A DNA stretch of 58,800 bases from an uncultured virus (IMG/VR IMGVR_UViG_3300009104_000005) (IMGVR_UViG_3300009104_000005), one strand, 5' to 3'. Counted from the first letter of the stretch, positions 26,911 to 37,174 are shown. Notes: a model not told the origin generated them from the letters alone. Numbers and translations: made by a program.

Positions 26911-27185
26911 ACCGACTAACCGAAGAGCAAGCGGAAGTCGTGACTGAAGCAGTCACTGACCTTGCATTGGAGGTCTTGCAAGCAGCGAGAAAGGAGGAGA
27001 AGGACACAGTGCACTACTTCATACTACTATGCTGGAAGTGCGACACTCCATTGAGCAACAATAGAGTGGAAGAAGGAGTCGTAGTCCTAGGTTGCCCAGA
27101 TTGCGGTATCGAAGTAGGACAGCAAGGCTGTGTAATGGGCAAAGACGAGTTCATTAGGATACATGGTAAAGGAGATGATGCTTGA
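26898..27185 (+). CDS. Zn-ribbon protein
   Basis: CWKC...CPDC; GAGGAGG RBS before ATG 26898. Confidence 0.65.
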   Translation: MACVDRLTEEQAEVVTEAVTDLALEVLQAARKEEKDTVHYFILLCWKCDTPLSNNRVEEGVVVLGCPDCGIEVGQQGCVMGKDEFIRIHGKGDDA

Positions 27186-27568
27186 TGTCTTCCCAAAACA
27201 ACGGAGAACTGCTAGAGCACTTGGTCTTGGAGAAGATTGACATTCTTTTGAGTGCAGTAAACCTGCTACACCATCGTGTGAACAATATCTTGCGAGAGAC
27301 GAATGAACTCCAAGCAACCCTGTTCCCCCTGAATCTAGATTGCTACACAGCAGAAGATGAGGGTAGGCAGGTCGAAGTCACTTTAGACGGATTCACCCGA
27401 ACCGACACAATAGTTCGTGCAAACTTCCCAATACTTGGGGAAAAGTATGCCCCTGAATGCATACTGCTCCGTCAGACAGCACTAGAGTCAATGAGAGAAG
27501 TGATGTTCCAAATGACTCTACAGCAAGACATGCTTCAAGCAGTGATGGAAGAAGGAGATGATGAGTAA
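27182..27568 (+). CDS. Hypothetical protein
   Basis: 128-aa ORF in a coupled run. Confidence 0.65.
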   Translation: MMSSQNNGELLEHLVLEKIDILLSAVNLLHHRVNNILRETNELQATLFPLNLDCYTAEDEGRQVEVTLDGFTRTDTIVRANFPILGEKYAPECILLRQTALESMREVMFQMTLQQDMLQAVMEEGDDE

Positions 27569-28095
27569 TGTCAGTGAACATAGAGCAAAACTCATCCTTG
27601 GGGCCTGATGACCCTGAGATGTCTGTAATCAGCGACACTAAATTGTACGAGGTCACTCCAAAGTGCATGTGCAAGAGTAAGCGTGGTAGGAGAATGCATC
27701 CGATACTAGAGTTTCGTTATCCAAATCAGCATAACCACTGTTTGTCTCCGAGAAAGGTCTACTTCCGACAGTTCGTGAAAACCGGGGCATGGATACAGAT
27801 GAACAAGATACTCGGATGGCAATGTCCCAACTGCTACAGGGAACAGGAGCACTACCGAATAGTCTCAATCGTCAATGGAGAAACAGGAGAGACAAGGACT
27901 GAGGAGAGAACCAACGAAGGGATAGTCATAAGCCGTGGGAGAGTAGAGGACATTCAGTATGAAAACATTGACCTTGTTCCCGATGAACTGTCTCACCTGA
28001 TTCCAGATGAGTGGAAGATTAGAGTCGCTAATGCAGAACCTGGAGTGAGTGTTTGGGGCCAACTAATGCCCCACCCAGATGGAGGAATAGCATGA
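27568..28095 (+). CDS. Hypothetical protein with Cys motifs
   Basis: CMC...CPNC; TAATG overlap. Confidence 0.7.
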   Translation: MSVNIEQNSSLGPDDPEMSVISDTKLYEVTPKCMCKSKRGRRMHPILEFRYPNQHNHCLSPRKVYFRQFVKTGAWIQMNKILGWQCPNCYREQEHYRIVSIVNGETGETRTEERTNEGIVISRGRVEDIQYENIDLVPDELSHLIPDEWKIRVANAEPGVSVWGQLMPHPDGGIA

Positions 28096-28229
28096 GAACA
28101 GATACGGAGAAAGACGCTTACAAGATATGGTTTCACTACAACATGAGGTTGAACACCAGATGCACATGGTCAGTAGCAATTGACCTTGCCCTACGGGGCT
28201 TTACGATTCCAAAGGAGAATAAAACATGA
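28092..28229 (+). CDS. 45-aa peptide
   Basis: GGAGG RBS; ATGA overlaps at both ends. Confidence 0.5.
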   Translation: MRTDTEKDAYKIWFHYNMRLNTRCTWSVAIDLALRGFTIPKENKT

Positions 28230-28942
28230 ATGATACACCAGATAGACCAGAACCGCCAGAGGAGATACAACTGCCCGACAATATCGTAGAGTGCTACAAC
28301 TGTAGTGGCTACAAGGATGTTGATGACCCAGAGAACAGGGACATACCACACGAACTTGACCTTTGCACTTGCGATGATGCCCTAAAGCGAGATGCCGCAG
28401 CAGTAGCCTTCATTCACGAAGGAGGTGCGATGACGGACCATTACCCCGCCGTCTCTCCTGATATGTTGCTCGTCGTGCGCCGCTCCACCAATGAAACCTC
28501 TCATCACGGCCTATGGGAGTTGCCCGGTGGTAAAGTCGAGGATGGGAAGACCATCCTTCAAACGGCCTTCGATGAACTCCATGAGGAGACCGGAATCAAC
28601 CCCCACGACATCGAGTGTGATGAATGCAACCTCTACATCACTAACGGTAATCACGCATCGGTATATGTGGCTGACGAAATCTTCACACACGAAACAGAAG
28701 ATAAGCGGTATCATGTGGTTAAGATGTTGTTTGATAGTGCCCCACGCCCCGCCGTCATCCTATCGGATGAGCATGATGAATACGGGTGGTTCTCGGTTGC
28801 GGAGTTGCTAAGAATGAACCCCGATAAACTCAGCCATCACCTATACTCGCTGATAATGACCGAGTTCAGAACAGCAGAAACCGGAATAGGCCCAGCGACT
28901 CCCGTTAAGGTGACGCTTGCGAAGCACGATGAGGAGGAGTAG
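28226..28942 (+). CDS. Nudix hydrolase
   Basis: WELPGGKVEDGKTILQTAFDELHEETGI Nudix box and LSDEHDEYGWF. Confidence 0.9.
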   Translation: MNDTPDRPEPPEEIQLPDNIVECYNCSGYKDVDDPENRDIPHELDLCTCDDALKRDAAAVAFIHEGGAMTDHYPAVSPDMLLVVRRSTNETSHHGLWELPGGKVEDGKTILQTAFDELHEETGINPHDIECDECNLYITNGNHASVYVADEIFTHETEDKRYHVVKMLFDSAPRPAVILSDEHDEYGWFSVAELLRMNPDKLSHHLYSLIMTEFRTAETGIGPATPVKVTLAKHDEEE

Positions 28943-28944
28943 AC

Positions 28945-29808
28945 ATGACATTGGACATTAAGGATGCATACGAACAGAGCCTGAAGAAGAACAGTCTTGC
29001 TCGGAGAAATCCAAACGCTGACGCAGGCACTAACGCCACAGTCAGATACATGAGGTCTACAGTAGACATGGAGCAGTTCACACCGGGAGTAGGTAAAATA
29101 CTCCACAACTTCGGTAAGGGAGTGATGATTGGAGAGGAGGAGATTAACGGCATCGAGGATGTCATTGAGTCTAACCCAGATGTGACCATCATAGACAACA
29201 CCACAGGTTATGCAGTTAGGATTAGGAGTGATGTTAGACTGTATGAGCCAGCATTATTGGATGAGGAGGCAATCACCCGTATGACGGAAGAGTTCATTGA
29301 AGAGAATGGTAGAGAGCCAAATGATAAGGAACAAACGAAAATCTTGCGTAAAGGGACAATTACTCCAGCAGTATACGAGGGAGATGCAGAGCACTTCAAT
29401 CCAAGTGATACCCAGAGATTGCTGAGAAAGACCAGTGGTCACGGCTACAAGAGATTCGGTATGAAGGTGCAGAGAAACACCCAGCGACTCAACATGAAGG
29501 TGCTCTTGGTGATGTTCGCAGAGACAACAGCCTCAATCCTCAAACTCGATGGTGAACAGATAGGCAGACTACTCAACAGCGTCTACAAGAAGTCCAAGAG
29601 GATGAACGACAAGATTAACTCGATGGAGAAGGCTCAGGGTAGCAGGCATATCAGGGACTACATCAACAACACCAAGCATGGTGGTGATATGGTTGAAGCC
29701 ATGTATACCCATGCTACTGGTAAGCAGATTCTTTCGGAGAAGGTTGGAGACACCCATCTCGCAATCTTGGTCGAGGAACTCAAAATGGTAGGTGCAGTAG
29801 ATGAGTGA
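28945..29808 (+). CDS. Hypothetical protein
   Basis: 287-aa ORF with GAGGAGG RBS. Confidence 0.75.
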   Translation: MTLDIKDAYEQSLKKNSLARRNPNADAGTNATVRYMRSTVDMEQFTPGVGKILHNFGKGVMIGEEEINGIEDVIESNPDVTIIDNTTGYAVRIRSDVRLYEPALLDEEAITRMTEEFIEENGREPNDKEQTKILRKGTITPAVYEGDAEHFNPSDTQRLLRKTSGHGYKRFGMKVQRNTQRLNMKVLLVMFAETTASILKLDGEQIGRLLNSVYKKSKRMNDKINSMEKAQGSRHIRDYINNTKHGGDMVEAMYTHATGKQILSEKVGDTHLAILVEELKMVGAVDE

Positions 29809-29906
29809 GCACAACGAGTTAGACAATTACTTGAAACCATTCACAGACAAGCAAATTATGTTCATCGCTGTGATATGGAGAGATGCAAAGGAGCAGGTGA
29901 AGAAGA

Positions 29907-30356
29907 ATGAGTGATGTGCTACACATTGGACTGTGCGATGGGAGACACCCAATCAAGCAGAACGATTCCCTGTTCAATATTGATGGGTCATACACAAGGG
30001 GAGATAATCCCACAGCCGGAGAGCCGATGGACTTGTTCGTGTTCCCATCCGAGGTGGATGAACCACTCAATTTCGATGGTCACAGGGCCCTTGTATACGA
30101 GTTGCTTTCTGGTAAGCATCCCGATGAACTATCCTACGCAGATGAAGGTGCAGGTATAGAATTCGCAAGGGAAGGAGGGCTTGAAAAAATGGAGGACTTA
30201 GAGAGAGTCTATCTCTATGTGACCGGACTCTCATCACTACTCACATCATTCTTGTGGGTATGGATTCACAATGATTACCTTTGGAACAAAGTCCCATTGG
30301 TGCTGATGCACTACGACAGAGACACAGGTGAGTACAAGGAGGAATACTGGGGATGA
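29907..30356 (+). CDS. Conserved phage protein (GLCxGRH...LYVTGL...HYDR), possibly CARF/Csx3/SAVED-like
   Basis: Motifs GLCDGRH, YLYVTGL and LMHYDRDTGEY. Confidence 0.6.
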   Translation: MSDVLHIGLCDGRHPIKQNDSLFNIDGSYTRGDNPTAGEPMDLFVFPSEVDEPLNFDGHRALVYELLSGKHPDELSYADEGAGIEFAREGGLEKMEDLERVYLYVTGLSSLLTSFLWVWIHNDYLWNKVPLVLMHYDRDTGEYKEEYWG

Positions 30357-30538
30357 ACGATAGATACTACTACGACCAGTATGGAAATCTCTGGAGGGAG
30401 ATGGATGGCCTGTCCGGGAGAATCAAAATCATCATGCCTAAGGGTTCCACTATACCCGGTAGTCTTCGTGCTAACTGCTTATGCCATGGTATGTCAGTAG
30501 TAGAGGCAGTAGCAGACCATACAAGGAGGCGGAGATAG
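30353..30538 (+). CDS. Small hypothetical protein
   Basis: ATGA-coupled 61-aa ORF. Confidence 0.55.
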   Translation: MNDRYYYDQYGNLWREMDGLSGRIKIIMPKGSTIPGSLRANCLCHGMSVVEAVADHTRRRR

Positions 30539-31732
30539 ATGTGTAGGTTAGAGGGATGTTCTGAGCCAGCCCCTATGGGGGAGCACGGTCGTAGGCTATT
30601 GTATTGCCCTGACTGTTATACTGCACATCGTCTTATGCCTCGGGCAAAGAGATTGGAAGAGCATCTTGCTGCAGTCAAGCGAAAGCGAGAATTAACCGAG
30701 AGATTTGAGGAGGAAATGGAGAACGGAACTCGTAAAGTCTGCAAGTTAATGGGTTGCCCCGAGATTGTCCCATTAGCGAATACTAAGCATATTGACGACA
30801 AAAAGAAGTATTGCTGTCGTAAGCACAAGAACAAGCACCGTGAACTTTTCAAACACTTGCACTCTACAATGAGCAATGTAGTAAGGGGAGAGAGAATAAC
30901 TTTCTCTATGACCGGAGAACTCAAGAGGTTCGGAATTACCCCCGAAGGTTTGAATCAACACCTATCCGAGAAGTATCTCTCCGACTACAAGAGAGGTCTC
31001 CGATACACATCAAGCCCCCCTGATGAGCGTGGATTGCCTACTGATATGGTTCACAAAGAGAGAATGAAGGGATACGCCATAGACCACATCATAAGCAAAG
31101 AACACCATGAAAGATTGTTTGGACCATTAGTCGATAAGAATGGCTTTACACCAATAGGTATAGTTTGCAACTGCTTGGAGAACCTACGATTGATAGTGGG
31201 CCGAGAGAACAGTGAGAAGGGTATGTTAAGCGGAGAGAATTGGAGGACTCACCCCATGACTGACGAAGAGATGCGAGCCATCATACTACAACGGCTAGAG
31301 GACTATGATTTGCAACTGCTTGAAAACCCAGAGAGATATGTACATCTCTGCGAGGCTTGTGAGGAAAAGCCTGTAGCACCTACGAGATTGAAGTTCTGTA
31401 GTCAGAAGTGCGCTACTGCGAAGAGAAATGAGAGAAAAACGATAGCGAGACATGGGGTGGCTGTTCGCATTTGCACTTATTGCAATGATAAGCCTGTAGG
31501 ATATAGAAGGCAGAAATACTGTGGAGATGAGTGTGCTCATCTTGCAATGCTACGCCAACATAGGGAAGCATGGCCCACTTGGAGTGTGGAGAACATGAAA
31601 AAGCATAACGCTTCAACATGGACAGAATGGATGGAGAATCGTCGTGGAGGGGACCATAGGAGAAAGCCCGTAATCACTATGAACCCCCCAAAACAATCAA
31701 CAAAGTCAGGAGAGATGAACAATGGTAGTTAA
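30539..31732 (+). CDS. HNH endonuclease with multiple Zn-finger repeats (homing-endonuclease-like)
   Basis: YAIDHII...CLENLRLI..RENSEKG; repeats YCPDC, YCCRKH, FCSQKC, YCGDEC. Confidence 0.75.
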   Translation: MCRLEGCSEPAPMGEHGRRLLYCPDCYTAHRLMPRAKRLEEHLAAVKRKRELTERFEEEMENGTRKVCKLMGCPEIVPLANTKHIDDKKKYCCRKHKNKHRELFKHLHSTMSNVVRGERITFSMTGELKRFGITPEGLNQHLSEKYLSDYKRGLRYTSSPPDERGLPTDMVHKERMKGYAIDHIISKEHHERLFGPLVDKNGFTPIGIVCNCLENLRLIVGRENSEKGMLSGENWRTHPMTDEEMRAIILQRLEDYDLQLLENPERYVHLCEACEEKPVAPTRLKFCSQKCATAKRNERKTIARHGVAVRICTYCNDKPVGYRRQKYCGDECAHLAMLRQHREAWPTWSVENMKKHNASTWTEWMENRRGGDHRRKPVITMNPPKQSTKSGEMNNGS

Positions 31733-34700
31733 GAGTGCAACCAAGAAGAAACTGATGGACCTTGGGATAGCGGAGAAGGATGCACACCTTCTTGCCGATG
31801 ACCGGAAGTGGGCTGATGTCAAGGAACTTACAGTCAAAGAAATCCATGCAATATTGTTCAACGAAGAAATACCCTTCAGTATTGGGGGAGAACATGCAGA
31901 GGAAGTCAAGGCAAAGATAGACTGGGCAAGTCAGCCTGAAATAAATCAGGGTATAGATGAATACATCACGAGTATTTTCCAGAGTGCGCTTGACTCTATC
32001 GTGAATCCTGATGATGGAGATAATCTACCCCATCTTGGACCAGAGTATGGCAGTTTGTTCTCTCCATCTCCAGAAGATGAGGAGTTGGTCATTACACTCA
32101 CATTCAGTCAGGTATCCTTCCTCAGGACATATGATAGTGAAGGCCCTGACGATGAACCCTTCCTTGACCCAAATTGGGACCATTGTAGTGACAGTAGTTG
32201 CGGTCACTGTCCTATCCATACTTTGCATCACGGCATACAGCATGCTGCACACAATCCAGATGGTAAGCAGATGAACATTTGGAAGCAATGCTTTGAGCAG
32301 TTTGGAGATGTGGATTCCAACGGCACACACATTAATGTTGCGATACTCTATGCTTACTCAAGCAAGCAAGAATACACATACGAAGGGAAGAAAGTCAGAT
32401 TCAAACCGCTTAACAGTGTGCAGCAACCATCACAATCAACAAAACCAAAGAAGGGCGTTTTTGCCAAAAGAAAGGAGAAGAAAACCATGAATACTATAGT
32501 AGGAAGTAAGAAAAGAGCAGAGATAATATTGAAAGTAGTCGAGAGATTCGATGTTAGTTGGAGTGAGAGAGGAGAAGAAGGGTTCTACAATACCCTACGA
32601 GTGTCACCCATATACTTGGAGCAATTCATAGAGACACTGTTGGAGAACCTCTTGAAGCAAGAAGCGATGGATGTGTTCAGGAGAGGGATGATAACCTTGG
32701 GCATACCATGGTCAGCGAATGAGCATATGATAGTGGAGTACTACGCTATTCCATCTTATGCAAGAAATAGGATTCCGAGTGATGAGAAGAAGGAGATAAC
32801 CCACAAACTCACACAAACATTCGCTCAAGCGATTCATGATAAGATAGACGAGTCATTGGAGAGTGGCACAGACATGGGTCATGTTCACAGATTCGCAGCC
32901 ACTATGGGTAAGGCTCGCAAGGGTGAGAACCCAAGAGTGGTGTTAGATTACTATCTCGCTAGTAGGTATCATACTAGCCTCATTGATGTCCCCTTCGTGA
33001 AGGCATACCTCACTTACGACAACAATGAGGGCACTACACTACCAATCTCACAGAAGGCGAGAGGTATTCACTCAATTGGGAGAAACACCACCGGACTGAG
33101 GATGTTCAACAAACTACCCTCACTACACATCTCCCTGAATGTTGCACTCGGTTCCACTAACAGAGAACTGATTATGAGTATAGCAAGAACTTGGCAGGGC
33201 AGGAGGGTGGAGAATACATTGGCCAATGGTCTCTACATCAGAACCTGCCCTGCAACACCTCGCCCCGGAGCACTACCAAATGTGTTGGCTAAGACACCAA
33301 AACAATTCTTGGATGGAGTAAGAATGCTTGGAGATTGCATGACTAACCCAGACCATGTGGATTACGACCCAGATGGTTGTTTGGTAGTTCAGCAATACAT
33401 CAAGCCTGTCTGTTCAGCAGTAGTAGTCAAGGGTTCTGATACATTCACCATTGGCCCCAACAACGATGGAGTCACAGCAGGTGGAGGTAGCAATATCGTA
33501 TTCACACTCAATAAATCAGGTCAGAGAAACCTAAGCCAAGATATCAAGAGACTTGAACTCAATGATGGGATGGAACACCACGAGATTGAGTTAGTATACG
33601 ACTCCTCAGGTATTCTACAGAAACCGTTGGCTTGGTTCAGGGCGCTTGCAGACCAAAGGCACAGAGGTAAGGAAGGGAGAATCAAGCCTACCATCACACA
33701 GATGAGAGGACTACATACAGCGAAGGCTGACCTTGTCCCACCACCAATGGTAAATGGAGAGGCACTCTACATCAGGGGTAATGTCCCAATGGGAGTAGTC
33801 GAGCAATTGGCTGTAATGGATGTGGGTAAAGGCTCACTTGATGAGTGTCTCGAATTGGAACAGATGGCCAAGAATGGAGAACTGCCTGAAGGACTCGTAG
33901 TCTATGCACCATCAGGAACCAATGCAGCCCATGTGGCAGGAGTAGGTCTGGACTTCCACTTCCCCGTCATCTACGGTATCAAACCAGCAAGGAATGGGAC
34001 TATCTGGACAGAGATAGAAGGTTGGGTCACAGACCAACCGGGGGCAGAGCCTCAACCATACGACCCAACACCATTCATGGACTTCTACAAGATAGGATTG
34101 AGAGATGGAGACAGGTTCTGGACATACAATCTCGCTCCACTATCACAGTTCTTCCACAATTACATCTCAGGGCCTGTCAATGACCCTCGATTGGAGGCTT
34201 ATCTTGCTGGTGTATTCACCACATGGATAATCAAGGCTGCAATCGGTGTATCAATGGCTGAGTTCAGGCATGGTATAGGCAGTAGCAGGGCAGAGATTAG
34301 TCCCCATAGAGCATTCAGTCACATACTGATACAGCAGTGCATCGCTGGAGAATCTGGGGTAGACAACCTATTCCAAAGAGGAGAATACTACCAGAGATTG
34401 AACTACAATGAACTGGGATACGATTTGATACACTCACTATCCGAATTCTACTCAGATGCTTACGATGGTAGCGTAGTAGAGTGGGGTGATGGTTCATTCG
34501 GTGGGCAGAAATATTACAATTCAACATATCCAACCAGAGATGCGAGTAGTTTGATACTCAAACTCCTTCAGGGAGGAGATGTAGATTTGAAAAGTATTCT
34601 CGCCTCAGTCAATAAATTGGAGAACGCTGTGCATAACACAGGCTTCTTCTTCAACAAGTTCCTCGGAGATAAGAGCGCATTTGATATAGGCACAACGGGT

Positions 34701-35684
34701 CACTCAGACTTCACAACAGCCTCTGAGCATTGGTTGGTCACAGCACCATTCTATGCTCTATTCTACACTAACTATGTGGATGAACCACACAGGGTGGCTA
34801 AGGGCCACGACAAACTCGTAGTCCATATCATGAAGATGGCTAGAGAGAGATGCAATACTTCCATGGTTGATGAGATGCCGAAGTTTCTATCTTTGGCTGA
34901 CGGACACGGGACACTCAAGGATGATATCCATTCGGCTTGCCTGAAGCACCACGAGCACTTCTTCGTTGAACAATTGGAAGCAGACTTCAGAATGCACAAG
35001 TCAGGACTGTGTGGATTTGACGAGTGCAAATCACTAGAATGTAGGAGAATGGCATCATTGGTGAAGATGGGTATTGACTTGGACACACTCAATAAACTGC
35101 TGGAGCAACTGAACGGATTCATGTCCGCCTCATCCTTCTCATTCCCTCATGACCCTGACTCATTGGAGTTCGTCACCAATGAACTAACTGCACAGGGTAG
35201 TAGAGCAGTGAGTCAGACAGCATTCACAAAGACCACGAGAAAGGTGGAGACACCTGATGTATCAGTCACCAAGATTTTCGATAGAGTCTTTCTGATACAG
35301 CCCAACAACAGCGAGATTGCCCATGTCTACATGGACTGGAAAATGAGTGAGTGGTGGACTGAAGTAGAAGAGACTGTATGTGAGATAGAAGATTGTAGTC
35401 CAGAGGAGCAATACTACGCTTGGAAAGACCCAACACCTTGGATTGGAGAAGACATCATGGGTGAGGTGAAAGAACTTGAAGAGATACTCAACGGTATCGA
35501 CAAGCCTTGGAGAGCATATTCACGATACTGGAATACCAGTCATGATGGGTTCTCTACCCCTACTAAAATCATACAGGCTATGATGACCTGCCACGAAGGC
35601 AGATACCACTACGATACACATTCCTTGCTTCAGAGATTACACGAAGCAGGCAAAATTAATGAAACAAAAGGAGAGATAAAATGA
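31722..35684 (+). CDS. Large PEP-utiliser/dikinase-like phosphotransferase (ATP-grasp plus phospho-His swivel domain, with unknown N- and C-terminal domains)
   Basis: YIRTCP..RPG, LVVQQYI, GPNNDGVTAG and ITQMRG resemble the PPDK N-terminal domain; VYAPSGTNAAHVAGVGLDFHFPVIYG resembles the GGxTSHAAI..GIP swivel motif. Confidence 0.65.
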   Translation: MVVKSATKKKLMDLGIAEKDAHLLADDRKWADVKELTVKEIHAILFNEEIPFSIGGEHAEEVKAKIDWASQPEINQGIDEYITSIFQSALDSIVNPDDGDNLPHLGPEYGSLFSPSPEDEELVITLTFSQVSFLRTYDSEGPDDEPFLDPNWDHCSDSSCGHCPIHTLHHGIQHAAHNPDGKQMNIWKQCFEQFGDVDSNGTHINVAILYAYSSKQEYTYEGKKVRFKPLNSVQQPSQSTKPKKGVFAKRKEKKTMNTIVGSKKRAEIILKVVERFDVSWSERGEEGFYNTLRVSPIYLEQFIETLLENLLKQEAMDVFRRGMITLGIPWSANEHMIVEYYAIPSYARNRIPSDEKKEITHKLTQTFAQAIHDKIDESLESGTDMGHVHRFAATMGKARKGENPRVVLDYYLASRYHTSLIDVPFVKAYLTYDNNEGTTLPISQKARGIHSIGRNTTGLRMFNKLPSLHISLNVALGSTNRELIMSIARTWQGRRVENTLANGLYIRTCPATPRPGALPNVLAKTPKQFLDGVRMLGDCMTNPDHVDYDPDGCLVVQQYIKPVCSAVVVKGSDTFTIGPNNDGVTAGGGSNIVFTLNKSGQRNLSQDIKRLELNDGMEHHEIELVYDSSGILQKPLAWFRALADQRHRGKEGRIKPTITQMRGLHTAKADLVPPPMVNGEALYIRGNVPMGVVEQLAVMDVGKGSLDECLELEQMAKNGELPEGLVVYAPSGTNAAHVAGVGLDFHFPVIYGIKPARNGTIWTEIEGWVTDQPGAEPQPYDPTPFMDFYKIGLRDGDRFWTYNLAPLSQFFHNYISGPVNDPRLEAYLAGVFTTWIIKAAIGVSMAEFRHGIGSSRAEISPHRAFSHILIQQCIAGESGVDNLFQRGEYYQRLNYNELGYDLIHSLSEFYSDAYDGSVVEWGDGSFGGQKYYNSTYPTRDASSLILKLLQGGDVDLKSILASVNKLENAVHNTGFFFNKFLGDKSAFDIGTTGHSDFTTASEHWLVTAPFYALFYTNYVDEPHRVAKGHDKLVVHIMKMARERCNTSMVDEMPKFLSLADGHGTLKDDIHSACLKHHEHFFVEQLEADFRMHKSGLCGFDECKSLECRRMASLVKMGIDLDTLNKLLEQLNGFMSASSFSFPHDPDSLEFVTNELTAQGSRAVSQTAFTKTTRKVETPDVSVTKIFDRVFLIQPNNSEIAHVYMDWKMSEWWTEVEETVCEIEDCSPEEQYYAWKDPTPWIGEDIMGEVKELEEILNGIDKPWRAYSRYWNTSHDGFSTPTKIIQAMMTCHEGRYHYDTHSLLQRLHEAGKINETKGEIK

Positions 35685-37174
35685 CAGTATACAAAAGACA
35701 TGGAACAACAACAACGACAGGGACAGGAACGACCTGGAAAGAATGCCATAAAGGTGTTAATCTTGTGTTCACCACCCATGACGGCATAGAGGTATATGCC
35801 GGAGGCAGCAGCCGTACTGGTGGCTGGTGGCTAATGGAGAACCCACCCGATTTGGCGATGGGGCCGGACAGCGAGGTCTTGAAGGGCATGCCTAAAGGTA
35901 ATGCCAGCCGAGGCTTAGAAACAGCCTCTTGGCCATGCATGGACAAGATAGAGATAGTGGAGCCGCCAAAGAACATCTTGGCGATGGACTTCCCGGATTT
36001 CAATGTCCCTGCAGACTTGGGTAAGGAGTTCTGGGAACAATTGGTGATAGACATCAGAAAGAATGGAATTAAGACCATCCACTGCATGTGTATGGGAGGA
36101 CACGGAAGAACTGGTGTGCAACTGGCTATTCTGAGATACCTATTGGCTACAGAAAAGGAGAGAGAGGATTGGGAGAACTCCTATGATGTAGTGAAGGCCA
36201 TCAGAGGACCTTATTGCGACAAGGCAGTAGAAGCCACAAAGCAACAAGAGTATGTTGCTGATATGTGTGGAATACCTATTGGCCCGGCACTAAGTTTTCA
36301 CAAGGCTCAGTATGGTGGTACGACTACTAGTTATGGTAAGTCCTCTGTGAAGAAGACTAATTTCAACACGAAACTGGTAGAGTGTACAATCTGTGACTTC
36401 TCTACTTGGGAAGATAGTGAAAACGAACTTGAGAAGGGTGACTGGTGCTACGACTTTGCATGCAATGGTAAACTGACTGATGTTCACGAGTTCTGCATTG
36501 AGAGAAACAAGGCCAGTATAGAGAAGGACGCTTGTATGTGTCTGAACTGCCTACAACCAATCAGCGATATACAGGTAATGAGTTTGAACCACCTTAACGG
36601 CAACCTAATGGAAGTGCTACACGGTGAAGATTGGTCTACACTATTGGCCAGCCAGATGAAACTGAATCCTGCTGGAAACTTGAAGGGAAAATTACTGAGA
36701 AATCTTAGCCAACTCCTCCTCGACCTCAAAGAGGGAGATGATGTAGTAGTAGTTGACTCTTGCATCTTATGCAACTTCAACATGAAGGATAACTCAGATG
36801 CTCCTGACTACGAGAAGGGGGATAAGGGATATGTATGTCATGTGAAGTGTGATTACTGCTACAAGAAAGTGAGTCCTCACATATTGACTATGGCTTTAGA
36901 TGTGAAAAGCAATACAAATTGCAAGGCTTGTCCTGAATGCATTGCTGATAGTAAGAGTCAATTCTATTTCCAAGATAACATGACTGAGGAAGATGGTATG
37001 AGGATTGACGGTATTAGCCCACAGAGATGGCTCAGATTGACCCACATAGATGTGTTCAATGTATTGAAGGATAAAGCAGCAGGAGTGACCAAGGGTGATA
37101 AAACATCTGATGAAACACCTGAGGCACAACCAACTAACAGCAAAGGAGTGAATGAAGATGACTACGAACTCTGA
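35681..37174 (+). CDS. Cys-based protein tyrosine/dual-specificity phosphatase with Cys-rich C-terminus
   Basis: CX5R loop CMGGHGRTG, FPD acid loop, VEATKQ; several downstream CxxC pairs. Confidence 0.85.
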   Translation: MTVYKRHGTTTTTGTGTTWKECHKGVNLVFTTHDGIEVYAGGSSRTGGWWLMENPPDLAMGPDSEVLKGMPKGNASRGLETASWPCMDKIEIVEPPKNILAMDFPDFNVPADLGKEFWEQLVIDIRKNGIKTIHCMCMGGHGRTGVQLAILRYLLATEKEREDWENSYDVVKAIRGPYCDKAVEATKQQEYVADMCGIPIGPALSFHKAQYGGTTTSYGKSSVKKTNFNTKLVECTICDFSTWEDSENELEKGDWCYDFACNGKLTDVHEFCIERNKASIEKDACMCLNCLQPISDIQVMSLNHLNGNLMEVLHGEDWSTLLASQMKLNPAGNLKGKLLRNLSQLLLDLKEGDDVVVVDSCILCNFNMKDNSDAPDYEKGDKGYVCHVKCDYCYKKVSPHILTMALDVKSNTNCKACPECIADSKSQFYFQDNMTEEDGMRIDGISPQRWLRLTHIDVFNVLKDKAAGVTKGDKTSDETPEAQPTNSKGVNEDDYEL

